NCBI GenBank assembly: GCA_049609625.1
Contig: JBMYYR010000001.1
Span: 3,644 to 67,643 of the forward strand
DNA length: 64,000 nt
Direction: 5' to 3'
From: Flavobacteriales bacterium
Lineage (GTDB): Bacteria; Bacteroidota; Bacteroidia; Flavobacteriales; CAJXXR01
A program made the position numbers and the translations under genes. Shown here piece by piece: positions 49,659 to 59,329 of this stretch. The notes beneath the pieces were generated by a model. It did no database searches, was not told the origin of the DNA, and saw only the letters and a program-made list of their open reading frames with translations. Position 1 is the first letter of the stretch; every line of letters starts with the position of its first letter.

Positions 49659-50543
49659 ATGATGCCAAATGAAATACAAACCATTGCACTCTGCGCCACG
49701 GCTCGTTGGGTAGATGTCGAACTCATTCAAAACACTGAACTTTGGCTACAAAAACTCGGTTACAAGACTAAAAGAGCTGAAAATCTGAGTGTTAAGCATC
49801 ATCAATTTTCGGGGACAGACGACGAAAGAAGCGTAGCTTTTCAGGCGCTTTTAGACGACAAAACGATTGATGCCATTTGGTGTCTTAGAGGTGGTTATGG
49901 TACGGTACGGATTGTGGATAGTATAGACTGGGCGTCGTTTAAAAAACATCCAAAATATATCATTGGCTTTTCAGATTTCACTGTTTTGCTTAATCATGTT
50001 TTGCAATTTAATATACCGAGTATTCACGCCCCAATGCCTATTCAGCACATAGATCTGGACGATGATTCTAAACTCAGATTAGAGCAAAGTTTTAGTTTAA
50101 TATGTCCTGAAATGGTCTGGAAAAGCAATCAGATACAACAATCCAAATCCATTAAAGGAAAGTTAGCTGGAGGAAATCTATCTGTACTTTTTAGTATGTT
50201 GGGTTCGGATAGTTTTCCAAAACTTCAAGATTCGATTTTATTTTTAGAAGATCTAGATGAATACGTTTATCATATTGATAGAATGATGTTTGCATTATGG
50301 CGAGCTGGAGCCTTAGGTGGTATTAAAGGGTTTTTGATTGGTGGATTTACATCCATTCACGACCACAAATTACCTTTTGGGCAATCGGTTGAAGGTATTT
50401 TTTCATTTTTTGCTGAAAAATTAGACGTCCCTATCTTTTTTGATGCACCTGTAGGTCATCAAAAGCAACATTTCCCTTTAGTTTTTGGAAGAGAGACGCT
50501 CATCAAACAACACAAAGATCACATTAGCTTATTACATCTATGA
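49659..50543 (+). CDS. ldcA: LD-carboxypeptidase (S66, LdcA-like)
   Basis: RGGYGT and GFSDFT (nucleophile Ser) motifs. Confidence 0.88.
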   Translation: MMPNEIQTIALCATARWVDVELIQNTELWLQKLGYKTKRAENLSVKHHQFSGTDDERSVAFQALLDDKTIDAIWCLRGGYGTVRIVDSIDWASFKKHPKYIIGFSDFTVLLNHVLQFNIPSIHAPMPIQHIDLDDDSKLRLEQSFSLICPEMVWKSNQIQQSKSIKGKLAGGNLSVLFSMLGSDSFPKLQDSILFLEDLDEYVYHIDRMMFALWRAGALGGIKGFLIGGFTSIHDHKLPFGQSVEGIFSFFAEKLDVPIFFDAPVGHQKQHFPLVFGRETLIKQHKDHISLLHL

Positions 50544-50893
50544 AACAGCACGATTTAGGAAAATGGGGCGAGCAACTTGCACATCAATTTTTGACCACAA
50601 AAGGTTATGTCATCTTATTCAGAAATTGGCGATCTAAGAAAGCTGAAGTGGATTTAATTGCTTTTTATAAAAACCGAATTATTTTAGTGGAAGTCAAAAC
50701 CAGAAGTAATACACTGTATGGCGAACCTATTCAATCCATCTCAAACAAAAAAATTGAACTCCTTAGACAAGCTGCCGAAGATTTTCTAAATCAATATAAT
50801 TTAGAAAATGAAATTCAAATTGATGTTTTTGGTATTGATGGCGATGAGCGCGCTTATCAAATTGAATGGATAAGCGACGCTATCGGGTTTTAA
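50540..50893 (+). CDS. yraN: YraN family (UPF0102) endonuclease-like protein
   Basis: GEQLAHQFLTTKGYVILFRNWR..., EVDLIA..., VEVKTR pattern. ATGA overlap with ldcA. Confidence 0.88.
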   Translation: MKQHDLGKWGEQLAHQFLTTKGYVILFRNWRSKKAEVDLIAFYKNRIILVEVKTRSNTLYGEPIQSISNKKIELLRQAAEDFLNQYNLENEIQIDVFGIDGDERAYQIEWISDAIGF

Positions 50894-50894
50894 T

Positions 50895-52997
50895 TCAATA
50901 TTTTAACAACTTTTCCAAAGCTGTCCTCACTTTATCTGCATTCGGAATCATACGTTCCTCGAGTGTTGAATTTAGTGGAATAGCAGGCACATCTTCAGCG
51001 CCGATAACCGTAATTGGTGCATCGAGATACTCAAAAGCCAATTCTTGAATTCGACCTGCAATCGCCTGAGCAAAAGAATTACTCTTCGAGTCTTCTGTCA
51101 AAACCATAACTTTTGAATGCAATTTCACACGTTCGATAATCAAGTCCTCATCCAAAGGTAATAAGGTTCTCAAATCAAGAATTTCAACGGGTTGATCGAT
51201 TTGTTTTGAAGCTGTTTTAGCCCAATAGACACCCATTCCATACGTAATGACCAAAGCTGTTTGTTTGCTTTCTATATCCTCAGTACTAACTTTTTGAGCC
51301 AAACGCCCTTTGCCGAGTGGAATGATATATTCTTCATCAGGTTCGATGCAGGCTGCCTCTTCCGTCCCTTTTATTTTCGACCAATACAAGCCTTTATGTT
51401 CTAAAACAACAACGGGATTCGGATCGTAGAAAGCACCTTTTAACAAACCTTTTAGATCGGCACCATTTGATGGATAAACCACTTTTATACCTTTAATAGA
51501 AGTCAAAATAGATTCCACAGAGGACGAGTGGTAAGGGCCTCCACTACCGTAAGCACCAATCGGCACACGAATAAGCGATTGTGCTGCCCATTTTCCATTC
51601 GATAAATAATAGGAGCGACTAAGTTCGGTGAATAATTGATTTAGTCCTGGCCAGATATAATCGGCAAATTGTACTTCAACAATGGGTTTACAACCAGCCA
51701 CCGACATACCTAAAGTAGAACCGATGATAAAAGCTTCCTGAATCGGGGTGTTAAACACACGTTGGTCTCCAAATTTTTGAGCTAAGGTCGCAGCTTCTCT
51801 AAATACGCCACCTAAACGGCCGCCAACATCTTGTCCATACAATAAAGCTTCGGGATGTTTTGCCAACAACTCTTGAACACCAAACAAAGCACAATCTACC
51901 ATCAAGGTTTTTTCTTTGGTTTTGGCATGGCGTTCGCCTTTTTCTTCCGTTACAGGACTTGGCGCATAAGCGTGCGTGAATAAATCCTCTGGTTTTGGAT
52001 CTTCGGCTTGTTGTGCCTTTTCAAAATCGGCCTCTACCTTCGCTTTCGCTTGATGTTCTAATGCTGCTAATTCATCTTTTGAAACTCCTCTTGAAAGTAA
52101 ATCTGCTCTTAACTTTGGAAGCGGATCTCTGGTTTTGTGTTCTTCTAAATCATCTCTATACCATTCTCGGCGCACGCCAGAGGTATGATGACCTAAAAGC
52201 GGAACTTTAGCATGCACTAAAAAAGAACGTCTTTCGGTTCGGATGAGTTCCAAAACTTCTTCTAAACAGTTGTATGATTCTTCAAAATTTGCGCCATCAA
52301 TAGTTCGTAAGTCTATGTTTTTGAATCCTTTAACATAATGTGAAACGTCATTAGATCGAATTTCTCTGGCATGCGCCGAAATATCCCATTCATTATCCTG
52401 AACCAAAACCAAAAGTGGAAAATTCTTGAGCGAAGCCATGTGTAAAGCCTCCGAAATTTCGCCTTCTGTCATCGCTGCATCGCCAATAGAACAGACCACC
52501 ACTGGTGCTTCGCCTTTGGGATAGGTTTTGATGTTTTGTTGTTCCAAATATTGAACACCCATCGCCACACCTGCCGTCGGAATAGCTTGCATACCCGTTG
52601 CTGATGATTGATGTGGAATTTTCGGCATATCATCTCGATTCAAACTCGGATGCGAATAATAGGTTCTACCACCCGAAAATGGATCATCCTTTTTAGCAAA
52701 CAACTGAAGCATAATCTCATAAGGCTCCAAACCTATTCCCAACAAAATAGAATCGTCCCGATAGTAAGGCGCTACATAATCTTGAGGTTTGAGTTGCAAA
52801 GCCAAAGCCAACTGAATAGCCTCATGACCACGAGAAGTGGCGTGAACATATTTACTGGTTAATTTGGCCTTGTCTTCGTATATATCCGACATCATACGAG
52901 CCGTATACATCAGTCGGTAAGCGGTTTTGGCTTGTTCTAAAAAAGAAATTTTGGGCATATTTTGTGAGCTATAATCTTTTGCATTCTGGTCTAACAC
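50895..52997 (-). CDS. Fused alpha/beta E1 component of a 2-oxoacid (branched-chain-like) dehydrogenase
   Basis: TPP-binding alpha part (GDAAMTEGE) followed by a transketolase-like beta part. The track start is a GTG, so the ATG at 52958 (MPKISFLEQ) is an alternative start. Confidence 0.85.
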   Translation of the reverse strand: MLDQNAKDYSSQNMPKISFLEQAKTAYRLMYTARMMSDIYEDKAKLTSKYVHATSRGHEAIQLALALQLKPQDYVAPYYRDDSILLGIGLEPYEIMLQLFAKKDDPFSGGRTYYSHPSLNRDDMPKIPHQSSATGMQAIPTAGVAMGVQYLEQQNIKTYPKGEAPVVVCSIGDAAMTEGEISEALHMASLKNFPLLVLVQDNEWDISAHAREIRSNDVSHYVKGFKNIDLRTIDGANFEESYNCLEEVLELIRTERRSFLVHAKVPLLGHHTSGVRREWYRDDLEEHKTRDPLPKLRADLLSRGVSKDELAALEHQAKAKVEADFEKAQQAEDPKPEDLFTHAYAPSPVTEEKGERHAKTKEKTLMVDCALFGVQELLAKHPEALLYGQDVGGRLGGVFREAATLAQKFGDQRVFNTPIQEAFIIGSTLGMSVAGCKPIVEVQFADYIWPGLNQLFTELSRSYYLSNGKWAAQSLIRVPIGAYGSGGPYHSSSVESILTSIKGIKVVYPSNGADLKGLLKGAFYDPNPVVVLEHKGLYWSKIKGTEEAACIEPDEEYIIPLGKGRLAQKVSTEDIESKQTALVITYGMGVYWAKTASKQIDQPVEILDLRTLLPLDEDLIIERVKLHSKVMVLTEDSKSNSFAQAIAGRIQELAFEYLDAPITVIGAEDVPAIPLNSTLEERMIPNADKVRTALEKLLKY

Positions 52998-53183
52998 GAC
53001 ATTAGAACCGACAGTAAAAGTAGTGAATTTCTCTGAATGAACTCACATGTCGATCTAAGAATTCAAAATTTATTTATCAGCGAAACTATCTGATGGTTTT
53101 ACTCAGCTATCGATAAAGCTTCCATTTCTGTATTATATGGTTTTTACTTCGCTTAGGTTCTTTAACATTGTTTTTTTTCTATC

Positions 53184-53223
53184 AAAAAAAAAGAGGATAA
53201 CTAAATTTAGTTATCCTCTTTTA
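53184..53223 (-). terminator. Rho-independent terminator after glcG-like gene
   Basis: 11-bp stem agaggataact/agttatcctct preceded by an 8-A run on the plus strand (a U-run on the minus transcript). Confidence 0.75.
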
Positions 53224-53242
53224 CTATCGTTTTGACTCCTAT

Positions 53243-53641
53243 TTATAGGGCCAATGCTCCTGCTTCGGCAACCGTATGGTCGTTCTCTACCGAGCTACCA
53301 CTTACTCCAATGGCTCCAATGATTTTGCCTGAGGCATCTTTGATTGGAACGCCACCTGGAAAAGTAATCAGTCCATTGTTTGAGTGTTCGATATTGTACA
53401 AAGGCTGACCTGGTTGAGATAACTCTCCAATAGTTCCGGTGTTCATGTCGAAAAAACGAGCGGTTTTTGCTTTCTTGATTGAGATGTCAAGTGAGCCTAA
53501 CCAAGCTCCATCCATTCTTCCAAATGCCACTAAGTTTGCTCCTGCGTCTACAATGGCAATGTTCATTTTTGTGTCTATGGCAATAGATTTTTGTTTTGCT
53601 GCAGCAATCGCCTTTTCTGCTTGTGCTAATGTAATACTCAT
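53243..53641 (-). CDS. GlcG/HbpS-like (DUF336) protein
   Basis: [19 protein letters not shown]..., ...[20 protein letters not shown]. Start trimmed from a TTG to the ATG at 53641. Confidence 0.85.
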   Translation of the reverse strand: MSITLAQAEKAIAAAKQKSIAIDTKMNIAIVDAGANLVAFGRMDGAWLGSLDISIKKAKTARFFDMNTGTIGELSQPGQPLYNIEHSNNGLITFPGGVPIKDASGKIIGAIGVSGSSVENDHTVAEAGALAL

Positions 53642-53758
53642 CGTTTTTGGTTTTAGTATTGTTAATAATTTCAATGCAAAAATACAAGGAGAATGACGAA
53701 AGTAACTTACTAAAATAGTCCAATAACTTATGAAAAAAGGTCATTTAAAAAAGAATAC

Positions 53759-54598
53759 TTAGCTTGAAGTTTGACTTGGGTTGAAGCCAAATTTGTTTTT
53801 GTAGGCTATACTGAAGTTTGATAGATTGGTGTAGCCCAAATCGAAATAAATATCCGAAGGTTTGACGCCTTCTTGTTCTAAAAGTTCTTTTGCTTTTTGA
53901 AGTCGCTTGTTTTGATACCATTTCCCCGGCGTCATCCCATATTCTTTAATGAAATGGCGTTTGAAAGTAGATAAACTCATGTTGCATAAAAATGCAATTT
54001 CTTCTAATTTTAGCTTAGAATGAAGGTTGCGCTCTACGATGTTTTTGAAAGGCGAAGTTTCTTTTCTTACCAAAGAAAAAAGATAGGTTTCAAAAGTTAC
54101 TCCATATTTTTGTAAAAGATAGAGTATCAATTCCTCAAATTTTACTGAAAGCAAATCCTCTGAAAAAGCTCTTGATGATTGATTAATAGTTGATAATGAG
54201 TGAAGATATGAGGAAATATAGTCGTCATTTCTGATTATAAAATAAGGTGCTTCTTCTTTTGTAGCTGGCTTGTTTTGCGTATGCTTTTCTAAAAATGCTT
54301 TTAGTTTTTGTTCTGAAAAAAAAAGTAACTTACAGTAGTAAATAAGCTCGGTGTCTAATAGTTCTGTCCAGAGCCAATTTCCTTTTTTTAGCAGCAAAGA
54401 TTGATTTTTGTTTACAGCAACTGTTGCTCCAGCAAAATGCACTTGTTTTTTGCCAACTTGCAAAAAACTAAACATATTCATCCCTAAATTGACCTTGCTT
54501 CTGACAACATCATGGCTCATTTTAAAATCATAGACGAACAACTCAGGTGGTGCGTCATTGGTTTTCATATAAATTTCAGGTATGTTTTCTATTGGCAT
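53759..54598 (-). CDS. AraC/XylS family transcriptional regulator
   Basis: C-terminal double HTH (LEEIAFLCNMSLSTFKRHFIKEYGMTP..., ...SDIYFDLGYTNLSNFSIAYKNKFG). Confidence 0.88.
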   Translation of the reverse strand: MPIENIPEIYMKTNDAPPELFVYDFKMSHDVVRSKVNLGMNMFSFLQVGKKQVHFAGATVAVNKNQSLLLKKGNWLWTELLDTELIYYCKLLFFSEQKLKAFLEKHTQNKPATKEEAPYFIIRNDDYISSYLHSLSTINQSSRAFSEDLLSVKFEELILYLLQKYGVTFETYLFSLVRKETSPFKNIVERNLHSKLKLEEIAFLCNMSLSTFKRHFIKEYGMTPGKWYQNKRLQKAKELLEQEGVKPSDIYFDLGYTNLSNFSIAYKNKFGFNPSQTSS

Positions 54599-55073
54599 CT
54601 GGATCAGTTAAAGTGAGAGGTTGTTGTTTTTGGTGATAAAAAAACCATGAGCAAATTGAAACATCGTTCAAAATAATGTGCCCCAACAACTTTGTGAAAG
54701 TTAACACTTATTGTAATGAAGAAAACGAAAGCTCAAAATTACTGAATTAATTTTTAATGTTGAATGTTCAGAACGTTTTCATGAAGTTTAGAGAAGAATT
54801 TGGCCGCTCAGTTGTTCAGGAGTTCAAAAAATAGGATAATATTGACAGAGAAAAACAACACCATGTTGCGATTCGATTAGGACAATCAGCCAACCTCTAA
54901 TCATTAACAAACTCTACAATTTTTCTCAAGTCTAAACGCTCACAAGCTACATTTTGGAACAAAACACACGAGCGGATTTCAACAGGCTGTTAATAACTTT
55001 CCAGTTCAGAATGAAGCCTAAACCTAAAGGAAGTTGTAATTTAGCTTTTCGTAACGTTTAAAATTAAAATTTT

Positions 55074-55847
55074 ATGGCCAAAATTATTGCCGTAGCCAAC
55101 CAAAAAGGAGGCGTAGGGAAGACAACCACTTCAGTTAATCTGTCGGCAGCTTTGGGTGTTTTTGAAAAGAAAGTTCTACTTATAGACGCTGATCCTCAGG
55201 CTAATGCAACAAGTGCTTTTGGTATAAACCCAGAAGATATCGACTTTGGAACTTACGCCTGCTTGGAGCACACCAAGGCGGTAAACGAGCTTGTTTTAGA
55301 AACCAACAGCCCGAATGTAGACCTCATTGCGTCGAGCATGGATTTGGTGGCCGCCGAAATTGAATTGGTCGATAAAAAAGAACGGGAATATATGCTCAAA
55401 AAAGCCCTACTTCCTATTGTAGATTGTTACGATTATATCATTATTGATTGTGCACCTTCTCTCGGTTTGATTACTCTAAATGCTTTGTGTGCAGCGCATT
55501 CGGTTATCATTCCGATTCAGTGCGAATATTTTGCTTTGGAAGGTTTGGGCAAACTCATAGACACCATAAAATCAGTTAGAAAAGCCCTAAACCCAAACTT
55601 AGATATCGAAGGACTATTACTCACGATGTACGATTCTCGATTGAGGTTGTCTAATATGGTCATCGAGGATGTTAAAACCCATTTTAGTTCATTGGTTTTT
55701 GATACCGTTATTCAGCGAAATGTGCGCCTGAGTGAGGCTCCAAGTTTTGGGGAAAATATTATTCTTTATGATGCCAGTTCAAAGGGAGCGATTAATTACA
55801 TGAGCCTCTCAAAAGAATTGATTTTAAATAACGAAAAAGTTACATGA
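55074..55847 (+). CDS. parA: Chromosome partitioning ATPase ParA/Soj
   Basis: Deviant Walker A NQKGGVGKTTT. Confidence 0.95.
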   Translation: MAKIIAVANQKGGVGKTTTSVNLSAALGVFEKKVLLIDADPQANATSAFGINPEDIDFGTYACLEHTKAVNELVLETNSPNVDLIASSMDLVAAEIELVDKKEREYMLKKALLPIVDCYDYIIIDCAPSLGLITLNALCAAHSVIIPIQCEYFALEGLGKLIDTIKSVRKALNPNLDIEGLLLTMYDSRLRLSNMVIEDVKTHFSSLVFDTVIQRNVRLSEAPSFGENIILYDASSKGAINYMSLSKELILNNEKVT

Positions 55848-56770
55848 GTAAAAAGAAAAAAGCTTTAGGAAGAGGACTTTCGGCCTTGTTGAATGCTGAA
55901 CCTGATGAAGACTCACAGGATTTTAATCAAAAATCAACCAACACGCCAACTCCAAAAGTGAAGTCCTTTAAGTCGGTTTCGGAGATTGAAATCACAAGTG
56001 TGCAGACCAATCCGTATCAGCCCAGAACACAATTTGATCGAGAAATGCTCGAAAATCTGGCGCAATCTATCAAAGAATTGGGTATCATTCAGCCCATTAC
56101 CGTTCGTCGGATTGATATGGATAAGTATCAGCTAATCAGCGGAGAACGACGATTGCGAGCTGCTCAAATGGTTGGTTTAAGCTCAGTTCCTGCTTTTATC
56201 CGAACGGCAAACGACCAGGAAATGCTCGAAATGGCCATTGTGGAAAACATCCAAAGACAAGAACTAGATCCGATTGAGGTTGCCTTGTCTTATCAACGTT
56301 TGTTGGATGATTGTCAGCAAACTCAGGAACAAGTCAGCGAGCGTTTGGGTAAAAAACGATCGACGATTTCCAATTTTCTACGCTTATTACAACTTCAACC
56401 CTTGATTCAGGCCGGACTTAGAGATCAGATGATTAGCATTGGGCATGCCAAAGCCTTGCTTTCTGTTCCAGATGAAGACTTGCAGATTCAGACCTATACA
56501 CGGATTGTGGAAGAACGGCTTTCTGTTCGCCAAACCGAGGAGCTTTGCCAGAGTTTGAAACAAGCCAAATCGAAAGATCCATCAAAACCAGCTCCAAAAC
56601 CCGTAGACTACTCCAAATGGAATACCAATTCGGAGCAATTGTCGGATTTTTTAAATGCAAAATCGAATATCAAATTTGCTGCAAAAGGTAATGGAAAACT
56701 GACGATTGATTTCAGAAATGAAAATGACCTAAAACGTATTTTGGATTTACTAAAACAAAATGAAAATTAG
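55844..56770 (+). CDS. parB: Chromosome partitioning protein ParB/Spo0J
   Basis: ParB box LISGERRLRAA and HTH region. ATGA overlap with parA. Confidence 0.95.
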   Translation: MSKKKKALGRGLSALLNAEPDEDSQDFNQKSTNTPTPKVKSFKSVSEIEITSVQTNPYQPRTQFDREMLENLAQSIKELGIIQPITVRRIDMDKYQLISGERRLRAAQMVGLSSVPAFIRTANDQEMLEMAIVENIQRQELDPIEVALSYQRLLDDCQQTQEQVSERLGKKRSTISNFLRLLQLQPLIQAGLRDQMISIGHAKALLSVPDEDLQIQTYTRIVEERLSVRQTEELCQSLKQAKSKDPSKPAPKPVDYSKWNTNSEQLSDFLNAKSNIKFAAKGNGKLTIDFRNENDLKRILDLLKQNEN

Positions 56771-57302
56771 TTCCAAAATTAAATATAGTATTCTGATTGT
56801 CTGTTTCTTGCAGTCAATACTGTGTTTTTCTCAAGCTAAAAAAACAGAAGTAGAACACAGCCCAAACAAAGCTCTTTTGTTATCGATGGCTTTGCCAGGT
56901 GCTGGTCAGATTTACAATCAGAAATATTGGAAACTTCCTATTCTTTATGGTGGTTTTGCGCTTTCTGCTTATTTGATTTCCGAAAATAATAAAACCTATA
57001 AAGTGTATAAAAATGCACTAGATATTAGACTTTCTGGTGGCGAGGACGAATTTATTGCTATTTACACCGAAGACAATTTGCGCCAGCTTCAGCAAGCCTA
57101 CAGAAACGATCGAGACTTGAATATTTTGATTGCCGTTGGAATTTATGCCCTGCAATCCATTGATGCTTATGTAGATGCACATTTGTTCAATTTCGATGTT
57201 TCGGATGATATTAGTTTTTATATTAAACCCCAAGTCCATCATCAATTTGACGGCGAAATGGCGATGCAAATAGGATTTTCATTAGATTATACCCTGCGAT
57301 GA
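56760..57302 (+). CDS. DUF5683 protein
   Basis: LSMALPGAGQIYNQKYWKLPILYGG signature, and the conserved Bacteroidota position after parB. Confidence 0.8.
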   Translation: MKISSKIKYSILIVCFLQSILCFSQAKKTEVEHSPNKALLLSMALPGAGQIYNQKYWKLPILYGGFALSAYLISENNKTYKVYKNALDIRLSGGEDEFIAIYTEDNLRQLQQAYRNDRDLNILIAVGIYALQSIDAYVDAHLFNFDVSDDISFYIKPQVHHQFDGEMAMQIGFSLDYTLR

Positions 57303-58024
57303 ACATAGCACTTTTAGGTTACGGAAAAATGGCAAAAGCGGTTGAAACCATCGCTTTAAAACGAGGTCATACCATTGGATTAAAATTAAATTCTGGAGCT
57401 TTCAATGATTTGAAAATCAGCGATTTAAAATCAATTGATGTTGCCATAGATTTTAGCGTAGCTGATGTTGCTCCCAGATTAATTACACATTGTTTTGAAC
57501 AGCAGATTCCCGTTGTTTCGGGCACGACAGGTTGGTTAGATCAACTTACTGATATCGAAAACCTGTGTCTTAAACATAAATCAGCTTTTATTTATGCTTC
57601 AAACTTTAGTTTGGGCGTGCAATTATTTTTTGAACTCAATTCAAAATTAGCTAAGCTGATGTCAAACTATCCCGAATATCAAGCTCAGCTAAAAGACATT
57701 CATCATATTCACAAATTAGATGCACCAAGTGGCACGGCGATTAGTCTAGCAGAAGATGTAATAGAGCAACATGACGGCTATTCAGATTGGATTTTGGGAA
57801 AACCAACTCAAGACCATCAATTGGCAATAGAAGCTGAGCGAATAGGAGAGGAGACGGGCTATCACCACATCAACTATCAATCCGATTTTGATTCTATCCA
57901 AATCAGACATCAAGCGAAAAACAGGTCAGGTTTTGCACTTGGCGCAGTCATTGCCGCCGAATGGATTGTTGGAAAACAAGGCGTGTTTTCTATGCGAAAT
58001 GTGTTGTTTTCAAAAGAATTTTAA
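57299..58024 (+). CDS. dapB: 4-hydroxy-tetrahydrodipicolinate reductase
   Basis: MNIALLGYGKMAKAV..., ...HHIHKLDAPSGTA motif. Confidence 0.92.
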   Translation: MNIALLGYGKMAKAVETIALKRGHTIGLKLNSGAFNDLKISDLKSIDVAIDFSVADVAPRLITHCFEQQIPVVSGTTGWLDQLTDIENLCLKHKSAFIYASNFSLGVQLFFELNSKLAKLMSNYPEYQAQLKDIHHIHKLDAPSGTAISLAEDVIEQHDGYSDWILGKPTQDHQLAIEAERIGEETGYHHINYQSDFDSIQIRHQAKNRSGFALGAVIAAEWIVGKQGVFSMRNVLFSKEF

Positions 58025-58090
58025 GCCTTCTAAGGTTTCGCAGAAAAAAAAACGTTCCTGTATAAATCAATCAGAACTCAAACTACATTT

Positions 58091-59308
58091 ATGTCGAAAG
58101 GAAAAGTATTTAATGACCCAATTCATGGATTTATCTCCGTCAAAAATCCAATTGATATGGCGCTCATCGACCATCCCTATTTTCAACGACTTCGGCGCAT
58201 TTCTCAGCTCGGCTTAAGTTATTTGGTTTATCCTGGAGCACATCATACCAGATTTCATCATGCTTTGGGTGCTTACCATTTGATGAAGCTTGCTGTTCAG
58301 TCGCTTAGAGAAAAAAACATCGACATTACTTTAGATGAAGAAGAGGCTGTGAAGCGTTGCATTTTGTTGCATGACATAGGTCATGGGCCATTTTCTCATG
58401 CGCTCGAAAACAGTATAGTTGAAGGCATTTCTCATGAAGAAATTTCCTTAAAACTCATGCATTACTTCAATCAAAAATACGATGCTAAACTTGATTTGAC
58501 GATTGAGATGTTTCAAAAAAGACATCCTAAAAAATTCCTTAATGAATTGATTTCTAGTCAATTGGATATTGATAGATTAGATTATCTAAAGCGAGATAGT
58601 TTTTTTACAGGCGTGTCAGAAGGTGTGATTAATACCGATCGTCTGATTTCGATGTTTAATGTCGTAGACCACAATTTGGTTATCGAACAAAAAGCTATTT
58701 ACAGTGTGGAAAAATTCATTTTGGCGCGCCGCCTGATGTATTGGCAAGTGTATTTGCACAAAACCGTTTTGGCTGCCGAACTGATGCTTGAAGGTATTCT
58801 GAAACGCGCCAAATTGCTTGCTGGTCAAGGTGTTGACTTGCCTTCTTCTCCACATCTTTCCTTCTTTTTGAATGAACAACTAAAGCGTTCGGACTTTGAT
58901 ACCAAAACGGTGCTCGATCACTTTTGCTCCCTCGACGACGTTGACGTGATGGCTTCCATAAAAACGTGGGTAAATCATCCAGACCATATTTTGTCTATGC
59001 TTTGCGAACGCTTATTAAATCGAAAATTGTATAAACTCCAATTTTTTGATGACAACGAAACTGAACGTTTTCAGACTCGGAAGGCAGAGTTAACGAAAAC
59101 GATCAAGGCTTCGGGAGCCGATTTGGAGTATTATTTGTTTGAAGGTCAACTCAATCAAAGCATCTACGATCCGCAAAAAGACATCATCCGAATGGCCTTA
59201 AAGAATGGCGATTTAGAACCTTTTGGACAGAGCTCAAAAAACATAAATATGGGCTTGTTGACAGGATTTAATTCTAAAAACTACCTTTGTTTCTCCAACT
59301 CTTTGTAA
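58091..59308 (+). CDS. HD-domain phosphohydrolase, SAMHD1/dNTPase-like family
   Basis: NDPIHGFI, QRLRRISQLG, HTRFHHALG and LLHDIGHGPFSH motifs. Confidence 0.85.
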   Translation: MSKGKVFNDPIHGFISVKNPIDMALIDHPYFQRLRRISQLGLSYLVYPGAHHTRFHHALGAYHLMKLAVQSLREKNIDITLDEEEAVKRCILLHDIGHGPFSHALENSIVEGISHEEISLKLMHYFNQKYDAKLDLTIEMFQKRHPKKFLNELISSQLDIDRLDYLKRDSFFTGVSEGVINTDRLISMFNVVDHNLVIEQKAIYSVEKFILARRLMYWQVYLHKTVLAAELMLEGILKRAKLLAGQGVDLPSSPHLSFFLNEQLKRSDFDTKTVLDHFCSLDDVDVMASIKTWVNHPDHILSMLCERLLNRKLYKLQFFDDNETERFQTRKAELTKTIKASGADLEYYLFEGQLNQSIYDPQKDIIRMALKNGDLEPFGQSSKNINMGLLTGFNSKNYLCFSNSL

Positions 59309-59315
59309 TATTTAC

Positions 59316-59323
59316 TATTTTTG
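59316..59323 (+). promoter_or_regulatory. Candidate -7 box (TATTTTTG) for the lpxD operon
   Basis: TAnnTTTG match ending 6 nt before the ATG at 59330. Confidence 0.35.
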
Positions 59324-59329
59324 CAACCT

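Noticed and set aside
54599-55073. oriC next to parAB
   Set aside because: No TTATCCACA/TGTGGATAA-type DnaA boxes and no dnaA or dnaN nearby. parAB adjacency alone is insufficient.
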